The notes beneath the pieces were generated by a model that was not told the DNA's origin, did no database searches, and worked only from the letters and a program-made list of their open reading frames with translations. The position numbers were made by a program, and so were the translations under genes. Of a stretch of 42,562 nt of DNA, positions 17,577 to 25,300 are shown piece after piece (the first letter of the stretch is position 1; each line of letters begins with the position of its first letter). Source of the stretch: Patescibacteria group bacterium (GTDB taxonomy: Bacteria; Patescibacteriota; Minisyncoccia; Phycocordibacterales; CSBR16-193); contig JBNJGN010000002.1 in the NCBI GenBank assembly GCA_051747785.1, positions 1 through 42,562 of the forward strand, written 5' to 3'.

Positions 17577-17680
17577 TAAGTTTGATCACTTTGGTGTCCT
17601 AATGGGAGAAGGTGGTATAATAGAGGTAATTGGATGATGTCGGTAAAATGGCCAAGTGATCATCGATAATATTTTAAAAG

Positions 17681-18634
17681 ATGAATAAAGGGTCCGTTTT
17701 AAAAATATTCACAGTTCTCTTTTTTGCGTTAGTGGCGGGAGGGTTTATTGTCTTTCATATATATGAAGGTTCGCCTTTTTATTTTGAATGGGGAAAAAAC
17801 ACCCATCAAGACCAAGATTCTTTTGAAGAGGGCGGGGAAACTGATGATAAAGAAGAGCCGATCAGAGAATTGTCTGAAGGCGATACTTACCATGAGGAAG
17901 AGAAGAGTAAGAATGATACCGTTACACCGGAGCCTTTGGAGTCCTTGGATTCAGATAGCGATAGTAGTGGACTACTTACAACAGAGGGGATCGTCCGTTA
18001 TACCAATGAAGAGAGGAACGGAGAGGGTCTTTCTTCTTTGGATGTCAATAAAAAACTTAAATCGGCAGCTAAGATCAAACTTAATGATATGTTCAGCAGG
18101 GATTATTTTTCCCATTATGATGAAGATGGTGGTATGGGTGTTAGTGTCTTGGCCGAGATGGTCGGTTACGAGGGTATAACAGTAGGAGAGAACTTGGCGA
18201 TGGGGCATTTTGAAAATGATAAGGATCTGGTTAAGGCCTGGATGGACAGCCCCGGACACAGGGCTAATATTATGAAGGGGGACTATATGGAAATAGGGAT
18301 AGCCACCAAAAAAGGAGAGTACCAAGGAAAAGAGGTGTGGATGGCGGTGCAGATATTCGGGCGACCTGTATCGGACTGTCCGATACCGGATGATGAATTG
18401 GAGATAGAGATAGAAGACAATAAAGCGGTTTTAGATGTATTATCAGAGGAAACGGAAGAATTAAAAACGAGGTTGAGTGAAAAAGAATATTCTGATGATG
18501 AAGAGTATAAAGAAGATCTTGAGCATTATAATTCTTTAGTTGAAGATCATAACGAACTCCTGGAGGAGACGAAGCTGATGGTGGAGCGTTTTAATACTCA
18601 GGTGGAAATATTCAATGATTGTGCCGGAAATTGA
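17681..18634 (+). CDS. CAP/SCP/PR1-like domain protein (YkwD-like), membrane-anchored, with an acidic C-terminal coiled coil
   Basis: N-terminal TM. CAP blocks YFSHYDEDGG, GENLAMGH and VKAWMDSPGHRANIM. Confidence 0.85.
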   Translation: MNKGSVLKIFTVLFFALVAGGFIVFHIYEGSPFYFEWGKNTHQDQDSFEEGGETDDKEEPIRELSEGDTYHEEEKSKNDTVTPEPLESLDSDSDSSGLLTTEGIVRYTNEERNGEGLSSLDVNKKLKSAAKIKLNDMFSRDYFSHYDEDGGMGVSVLAEMVGYEGITVGENLAMGHFENDKDLVKAWMDSPGHRANIMKGDYMEIGIATKKGEYQGKEVWMAVQIFGRPVSDCPIPDDELEIEIEDNKAVLDVLSEETEELKTRLSEKEYSDDEEYKEDLEHYNSLVEDHNELLEETKLMVERFNTQVEIFNDCAGN

Positions 18635-18646
18635 TAAAAAAGAAAT

Positions 18647-19255
18647 ATGACAGTGAAGTGTATCGTTTTTGATTTTGACGGAACCATCGCCGATTCTTAT
18701 AAGGAGGTAAAAAGGGTGGTAAATATAGAAAGAAAAAGCATCAAAACGGGAGGTGAGTTTGATAAGGTCAAAAAGAAAGGATTCAGGGGTATAATAGAGG
18801 AATTAAAAATACCTTTTTGGATGTTGCCCGGAGTTAGGTACTTGATATTAAGGAAATTGGAACCCTCTAATTTTGCTGTTTTCCAGGGCATAGAGGAAGA
18901 ACTCCGTTTACTCTCCGGAAAGTATGATATCGGCATAGTTTCCAGTAATAGTGGAAGGAATATAAGATCTTTTTTGGTTGATAATAGAATTGAAGATCTT
19001 TTCAGCTTTATTTATTCCGGAAGTTTTCTTTTTGGTAAGCATCGGATCCTTAAGAGAATATGCAGAGAGAGAAGACTGGACCCACAAGAGCTTGTCTATA
19101 TTGGTGACGAGGACAGGGATGTTATGGCGGCTAAAAAGGCCGGAGTTATATCGGTTGCTGTGAGCTGGGGCTATAACAATAAAGGTAGGCTAACGGAATG
19201 TTGCCCTGATATTCTTATGAACCATCCCGAGGAACTGAGGGATCATTCCTTTTGA
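18647..19255 (+). CDS. HAD-superfamily hydrolase (phosphoglycolate phosphatase-like)
   Basis: Motif I FDFDGTIADS, motif III/IV YIGDEDRDVMAAKKAG. Confidence 0.85.
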   Translation: MTVKCIVFDFDGTIADSYKEVKRVVNIERKSIKTGGEFDKVKKKGFRGIIEELKIPFWMLPGVRYLILRKLEPSNFAVFQGIEEELRLLSGKYDIGIVSSNSGRNIRSFLVDNRIEDLFSFIYSGSFLFGKHRILKRICRERRLDPQELVYIGDEDRDVMAAKKAGVISVAVSWGYNNKGRLTECCPDILMNHPEELRDHSF

Positions 19256-19295
19256 GTAAAAAATATAGATGAATTATACAAAAGACACTCATTTT

Positions 19296-19304
19296 TGTTA
19301 TAAT
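19296..19304 (+). promoter_or_regulatory. Extended -10 box TGTTATAAT, 6 nt upstream of ATG 19311
   Basis: Exact TGnTATAAT. It lies inside the 5' extension proposed by the ORF track, so ATG 19311 is preferred. Confidence 0.45.
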
Positions 19305-19310
19305 CTTTTT

Positions 19311-19976
19311 ATGAAAAATACCAAGATCAACATTCCAATAATTCTGATGTCTGCTTTTGTTCTGTTGCTTTTGTTGGCTGTCTTTTTACCGCCATTTTTC
19401 TTTTCGCCGGAAGAGGAGAAGGTTGTAAGGATAGAGAATAGGAGTGAATGGAGAACTTATGAAAATGACGAATTCGGTTTTTCTATAGATTATCCGCCGG
19501 ATTGGAGAGTTGAAGAATTTCCTGAGCACGAACTTGTTCCCAAGTTCCATATTTTACCTAAAGATGAAAAAGAGGTGGATGTTGAGAGAATGACCCATCA
19601 CACTGATGTTCAAAGTGTTTCCATTTTTCCGCAAGGATATCCGACGGAAGGTATTTTCGGGGAGTCCGGCTCCTCAAATGTCAATTTCGGCGAGGAAATA
19701 AATGAGGCCACTGATTATTACCTCTTAAACGGTGATGTTTGGGGCACAATGTTGAAACCGGAGACGGAGAAAGAAAAATGGAACGAACACGGCTTTGTAT
19801 GGGGCGTACTTCCCGTAAAAGAACACGAGATCGTGTGTTTTAAGGATGGAGAAGAGGTCTCCAAAGATAGATGTGATCCGGTTTCAGGGCATGAGATAAA
19901 ACACTCAGGATCTGTCAAAGAGCAAGATCGTCTTATACAAAAGGAGATACTGAGATCTTTTGAATTCAAGGAATAG
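19311..19976 (+). CDS. Hypothetical membrane-anchored protein, 221 aa
   Basis: MKNTKINIPIILMSAFVLLLLLAVFLPPFFF is an N-terminal anchor, followed by a soluble domain with no recognised family. Confidence 0.55.
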   Translation: MKNTKINIPIILMSAFVLLLLLAVFLPPFFFSPEEEKVVRIENRSEWRTYENDEFGFSIDYPPDWRVEEFPEHELVPKFHILPKDEKEVDVERMTHHTDVQSVSIFPQGYPTEGIFGESGSSNVNFGEEINEATDYYLLNGDVWGTMLKPETEKEKWNEHGFVWGVLPVKEHEIVCFKDGEEVSKDRCDPVSGHEIKHSGSVKEQDRLIQKEILRSFEFKE

Positions 19977-20184
19977 TAACTCTAACATCTTAAAAGTTGA
20001 AAAAATTGAATATAAATAAATACCAAGACGGCGGTTTCTGTCTTTCTGATTTTGTTTGGACTGTTGGTAGATATAAGGTTTAAAGATTCCGAATGTCCAC
20101 ATTGCAAAGATGTTAATTATCAATAGTGTTGTTAAGTTAAGGTTTCTATTATCTTGTGAAGTTTAAAAATGTTAAGGTAAAAAT

Positions 20185-20682
20185 ATGAAATTGGCCATAT
20201 TTTCAGATACACATGATAGTTTTGAAAATATTAGCAAAGCCATTAAGCTCTCTAAGGAGGAAGGGGCCGGAGAGGTGCTAATTCATTGTGGAGATATATG
20301 TGCCCCTGTTACCTTGGCACATATTATAGAAGAATGGTCAGGTGAGATACATTACTGTTTTGGCAATGTTGATGGAGATCATTTATCTACATTTAAGGTT
20401 CATAAAGATAATCCCAGTGTTCACGGCCACGGAGAGTCTCTGGGCAGTTTAAATGCCGATGGGAGAAGTATTGCTTTCCAGCACTATCCGGAGGTAGCAA
20501 GACGTCTTGCCGAGAGCGGAGCGTATGACGCCGTTTTTTATGGCCACACTCATTTAAAACATAGTGAATATATTGGTAAAACATTACTTGCCAACCCGGG
20601 TAATGTTTGCGGTATTAAGCATCCTCCCAGTTTCGCTGTTTATGATACCGTGAGTAATACGCTTGAACATATCGATCTTTGA
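20185..20682 (+). CDS. Metallophosphoesterase, YfcE/MJ0936 family
   Basis: IFSDTHD, HCGD, GNVDGD and GHTH metal-binding blocks in canonical order. Confidence 0.85.
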   Translation: MKLAIFSDTHDSFENISKAIKLSKEEGAGEVLIHCGDICAPVTLAHIIEEWSGEIHYCFGNVDGDHLSTFKVHKDNPSVHGHGESLGSLNADGRSIAFQHYPEVARRLAESGAYDAVFYGHTHLKHSEYIGKTLLANPGNVCGIKHPPSFAVYDTVSNTLEHIDL

Positions 20683-20732
20683 ACTGATTTGAAAGTCTTT
20701 AGTTTTCCCTCTCTCGCTACAAGATCATTGTC

Positions 20733-20753
20733 GCGCAACCGCATGGGTTGCGC
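20733..20753. terminator. Candidate hairpin terminator between the phosphoesterase gene and the tRNA
   Basis: gcgcaacc (20733-20740), loop gcatg, ggttgcgc (20746-20753), followed by TTTG. The U-tract is short. Confidence 0.45.
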
Positions 20754-20765
20754 TTTGTGCTCTTG

Positions 20766-20836
20766 TGCGAGATACGGGAATCGAACCCGTGCCTCAACCT
20801 TGGGAAGGTCGCGTTCTGCCACTAAACCAATCTCGC
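20766..20836 (-). tRNA. tRNA-Gly (anticodon CCC), 71 nt, CCA not encoded
   Basis: The reverse complement folds as GCGAGAT-TG-GTTT-AGTGGCA-GAAC-G-CGACC-TTCCCAA-GGTTG-AGGC-ACGGG-TTCGATT-CCCGT-ATCTCGC-A. This gives a 7-bp acceptor stem, a 5-bp anticodon stem and a canonical T-loop. Confidence 0.9.
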
Positions 20837-20917
20837 TTATGTGTGGATTGTCTATAAGTTTCGGCTTATCGTTATTGTTGCTATTATAGGATATGTTGAG
20901 GTAATAAAACAAGAGTT

Positions 20918-21433
20918 ATGGTTTCAGATGAATTAAAAAATTACGTTGTTGATAATTTAAGAGAGGGATGGGAAAAAGAAGAGCTGGAGAAGTCTTTGCT
21001 TGAGGCGGGGTGGCCGGAAGGTGAGATTGAAAGAGTTTTTGAGGAGGATGATGTAAAAGATCTTATTTCTAAACAGGAGGATTCCTCTTTGGATTTAGAG
21101 GAAGACATAGAGTATGAGGGAAAAGCAGAGAATTCTCAAGATGAGCAATCGACTAGCGATGTTGATGTTGACCCGCCACCACAAAAAACTCCTGAATCTT
21201 TTCTTGGGGAAGAAGTTATAGATCTTCCGGAAATAGAAGACCCGCCAGTACCAGAAAACCTATCCTCAGGTGGTTCTAAATTAAAAGCGGATCTAAACGC
21301 ATATATTAAAAATTCTTTGCAGAAAGGTTTTAGCGAGAGGACTATAAAGGCTGTCGCCAAAGAAGCCGGTTGGTCTGATGGGCAGATAGAGGAGGCGATA
21401 GAAGGTGACTCTAAAGAAAAAGGTAATTTTTAA
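20918..21433 (+). CDS. Hypothetical acidic protein, 171 aa: two copies of a ~40-aa helical module joined by an acidic/Pro-rich linker
   Basis: Module copies at 20927-21040 (ELKNYVVDNLREGWEKEELEKSLLEAGWPEGEIERVF) and 21287-21400 (DLNAYIKNSLQKGFSERTIKAVAKEAGWSDGQIEEAI). No signal peptide or TM. Confidence 0.65.
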   Translation: MVSDELKNYVVDNLREGWEKEELEKSLLEAGWPEGEIERVFEEDDVKDLISKQEDSSLDLEEDIEYEGKAENSQDEQSTSDVDVDPPPQKTPESFLGEEVIDLPEIEDPPVPENLSSGGSKLKADLNAYIKNSLQKGFSERTIKAVAKEAGWSDGQIEEAIEGDSKEKGNF

Positions 21434-21438
21434 TATTA

Positions 21439-22200
21439 ATGAATCGTAAGAAAGCTGGACAGATATTATTGCTATTGCTTTATGTTGTAAGTGCTTGTGT
21501 GCTCGTATTTTGGTTAGAACCAAGGTATATATTCACGGTTATTATCGTACTCGTTCCGCCTGCACTTTTGAATTTCTTTTGGCTTAAAAGGTCTCGTTTG
21601 AAAATACTGTTCTTTTCTTTAATGGCGATGTTATTCTTTGCGCCACCGGTAGAGCTTTGTGCTCGTCTGGCCGATGTCTGGGAAGTTCAAACCGTTTTTC
21701 CGGAGATACTGGGCTTTATACCTATAGAGAATATGATATTCGCTTTTCTTAATTTTTTCTGGGTCCTTACTTTTTATGAATATTTTGTTGATAAAGACAA
21801 AAGTGCCAATATTTCCGCGAAGTTCAAATATTTAATAGGAATGTTCTGTGGAGTCTCTATTTTGGTCTACGGCTTATATGCTTATGATCAACAGTTGGTA
21901 GCTTTGAGTTATTTTCAATTGGCTCTTTTGATACTTTTTATTCCCGCCCTTGCGCTTTTCAGTAAAAACCCCAAATTACTTAAAAAGACCATTTTAACCA
22001 CTTTCTTTTTCGCTGTTGTTTTTTTTGCTTACGAATTAGTGGCTTTGAAGATAGGGAACTGGTGGTGGCCGGGAGAGTATCTTTTTACTTTTACCGTTTG
22101 GGGAGAGATATTTCCTTTAGATGATGTAATAATATGGTATTTCCTTTCAACGCCAGTATTGATAGGAGGATATGAATTTTTTGTTGATGATTGGCAATAA
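21439..22200 (+). CDS. Polytopic membrane protein, lycopene-cyclase-domain-like (fused CrtYc/CrtYd-type)
   Basis: About 7 TM helices. It has two acidic P-x-(E/D)-(N/D) sites (IPIENMIFAF and FPLDDVIIWYF), one per half, as in heterodimeric-type lycopene cyclase domains. It starts 5 nt after the upstream stop. Confidence 0.45.
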   Translation: MNRKKAGQILLLLLYVVSACVLVFWLEPRYIFTVIIVLVPPALLNFFWLKRSRLKILFFSLMAMLFFAPPVELCARLADVWEVQTVFPEILGFIPIENMIFAFLNFFWVLTFYEYFVDKDKSANISAKFKYLIGMFCGVSILVYGLYAYDQQLVALSYFQLALLILFIPALALFSKNPKLLKKTILTTFFFAVVFFAYELVALKIGNWWWPGEYLFTFTVWGEIFPLDDVIIWYFLSTPVLIGGYEFFVDDWQ

Positions 22201-22315
22201 AAGGTAAGTCTAAATATTTTATATTAGTCTTTTGTAATTGAATGTGGACTATTTTCTTACAGTTTTTCTTTATTGTTGTTAATATAAAGAAAGTATATGA
22301 GCTGTTTTTCATTTT

Positions 22316-25300
22316 ATGGTACCCGAGGAACTTAAAAAATACGTTATAAAAGCCCTAAGAAGGGGTTTTACCAAATATGCCATAAGGGCAGCTGTTTCTA
22401 ATTCCGGCTGGTCTAAGGAACAAGTTGATGAGGTTTTTGCGGATGACGATGTCAGAGAGCTTACTTCTCTAAGAGAGGATATTCCTGAGCCTGAGAAAGA
22501 GGATGACGAAGTAGAGATAGAAGAAGCTCCCAAAAAAGAAAGTGAAGAACCTCGGGGAGATAGTTCTTCTGAAAGGGAGAATTCTTCTAAGGAAGCACAG
22601 TCTAATGAAAGCAAAAGAGAAGTAGATGAAGAACTGAGAAAATACCTGGTAAGTCATCTAAAGGAGGGTTTTAGTGGGTCTGTAATAAAAGATGTTGCTA
22701 TTGAATCAGGTTGGCCGGAGGAGGATCTTGATGAGGCTTTTGAGGATCCTGAGATAAAGTCTCTTCTTTCTGATTCAGAAAATGGTGAAGAAGAAGCGGC
22801 TGAAAATGAAGAGATGCCAGAGGAAGGTAAAAGTGGTTCAGAAGACAGCGAAGGTAGGTTAGAGGGCAAAAGTAAGGACGAAGATAAAAATGAAGAACCA
22901 AATAGTGATAATCAGGAACAGAAAAAGGAAGTAGGAAAAGAAGATAAAAAAGTGAATAAGAGAGGAGTCGCAGTGGATGACCATAAAGGAAACGGAATGA
23001 AGATGATTTATGCAAAGGACGCTGAGAAAGAGAAAGATGAGAACTTAGTGGGTAATGAAAAGAAGAAAGAGAGTAATGAAGACGAGCAAGGGGGTCAAAA
23101 ATATACCAAATCAATACCTACATCAGAAGATGCTTTAGATATATCAGATAAGGAGGGCAAGGATGATGTTGAAAAAAAAGAGAAAAAAATATCTGAACAG
23201 GAACAAAAAGAAAATGCTACCAGTGAAAAGACCCGCCCCTCATCAGAGGACACCTCTTTTGCTGAGAAGGAAGAGACGACAGAGAAGGTAAAAGAAAAGG
23301 ATCAAGAAACCGATAAACCGGAAGCCCCCCTAGAGTCTAAAGAAGTAGAGTCTAAAGAAGAACCTAAGAAAAAGACCCGCCCCTCATCAGAGGCTGAACC
23401 CGTTGAGAAAGAGGGTACATCTCAGCCAAAGAAAGAAGAGCGATCTACTAATCCAGATGAGAAGACTGGTGGTGAATCCGAAGAAAAGACTCACCCTTCT
23501 TCGGAGGCCGAACCCGCAGAGAAAGAGGGTACATCTCAGCCAAAGAGAGAGGAGGGATCTACTGATCCAGATGAGAAGACTGGTGGTGAATCTGCAGATG
23601 AAGACGGGCCTTCTTTAGAAGAGGCTTTATCCTTGGTAGAGAAGAAAAGAGGTGGAGAGAGTAAGAATAGAGATGATAATAATTCTAATAAACCGGAATA
23701 TCCCGATAAACCGGAAGCCCCCTTAGAGTCTAAAGAAGTAGAGTCTGAAGAAGAAACTAAGAAAAAGACCCGCCCTTCATCAGAGGCCGAATCCGCAGAG
23801 AAAGAGGGTACATCTCAGCCAAAGAGAGAGGAGGGATCTACTAATCCAGATGAGAAGACTGGTGGTGAATCCGAAGAAAAGACCCGCCCCTCATCAGAGG
23901 ACACCTCTTTTGCTGAGAAGGAAGAGACGACTGAGAAGGTAAAAGAAAAGGGTCAATATCCCGATAAACCGGAAGCCCCCTTAGAGTCTAAAGAAGTAGA
24001 GTCTGAAGAAGAAACTAAGAAAAAGACCCGCCCTTCATCAGAGGCCGAACCCGCAGAGAAAGAGGGTACATCTCAGCCAAAGAGAGAGGAGGGATCTACT
24101 AATCCAGATGAGAAGACTGGTGGTGAATCCGAAGAAAAGACCCGCCCCTCATCGGAGGCTGGGTCAGTAGAGAAAGAGGGCTCAGTTCAGCAAAAGGGAG
24201 AAGAACATTTTGATGAAAGTTCCAGGAAAAAGGAGGGTTCCAAGGAAGAGTTGGATCTTGAGGGAAGTACAGGTGCAGGACAGATAAATAACGCTGAAGA
24301 GCTTGAAGAAAAGGAAGTGGAAAAAGAAAGTATGTCCGGCGATGGTGAAGAAAAAGAGGAGCGGGAAGAGGAATTTAAAAAAAAAAGAATAAACAGTAAC
24401 GAAGAATTAAAGACAACAATCAATGGTGCCAAAGAAGAGGAAGAGGAAGGTAAAAGCACAAAGAGAGTGGATGCAAAAAGTGAAGACGAGAGCGGTATTT
24501 TTATTGCGGAAGAAAAAGAGGGGCTCCGTGAGAAGGACAGAGATAATATGGAAAAAGCACCGGTTTTTGAAGAGGTGGTGGAAAGATCACCTCAGCAAAA
24601 AACTTCCAAAGAAGTATTTGCTAAAAGAGATAATATGACAAAAATGGGAACATACAATAAGCAGCAATCAGATCAAAGTGCTCGCGGTCCTCGTTCTCAA
24701 GATAAGAGCCGTTTTTCAGGTCAAGAGAGGCCTTCTTCTGAAGGAGGGTTATCTTCTTCAGGTGATTCTTATCTGTCAAAAGAAGAATTAGATAACATTG
24801 TTTCTGTTCAAAAAGGAGAGGATTTTAATATAAAAGAATACAGAAATGATCACAGGAATAGACAGAATTCCTCTGTGGAAGAACAGGCTAGAGGATACCC
24901 CTACGGACCCTATCCTCAGCAACCTATGCCAATGGGCCAACCTATGCAACAGCCCTACGGACCCTATCCGCAACAGCAGATGCCAATGGGTCAACCTATG
25001 CAACAGCCTTACGGACCCTATCCTCAGCAACCTATGCCAATGGGCCAACCTATGCAACAGCCCTACGGACCCTATCCGCAACAGCAGATGCCAATGGGTC
25101 AACCCATGCAACAGCCTCACGGACCCTATCCTCAGCAACCTATGCCAATGGGCCAACCTATGCAACAGCCCTACGGACCCTATCCGCAACAGCAGATGCC
25201 GATGGGCCAACCCATGCAACAGCCCTACGGACCCTATCCGCAACAGCCAATGGGAGGCCAACCCATGCAACAGCCAATGGGAGGCCAGCCTATGCAACAG

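Noticed and set aside
17748-18179. A 143-aa + strand ORF inside the CAP-domain gene.
   Set aside because: It lies entirely within, and out of frame with, a gene that carries clear CAP-domain motifs. It has no independent signals.
19269-19310. An upstream ATG for the 19.3-kb hypothetical gene (MNYTKDTHFCYNLF...).
   Set aside because: The extension contains a perfect TGTTATAAT box (19296-19304). ATG 19311 gives a typical MKNTK plus TM N-terminus.
20640-20912. ORFs of 90 aa (-) and 66 aa (+, 20689-20889) in the phosphoesterase/module-gene intergenic region.
   Set aside because: Both run straight through the well-folded tRNA-Gly(CCC) at 20766-20836 and a hairpin, and neither has coding-like composition.
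20685-20917. The tRNA-Gly as an integration site marking the module/giant-protein locus as a mobile island.
   Set aside because: There is no integrase or recombinase gene, and I saw no repeat of the tRNA 3' end. The tRNA 3' end faces away from the locus.
22309-24459. Several antisense ORFs (101, 62, 71, 138 and 90 aa) opposite the giant gene.
   Set aside because: These are mirror-image low-complexity ORFs (S/L/F-rich) of the kind expected opposite GAA/AAG-rich coding sequence. They have no starts with regulatory signals.
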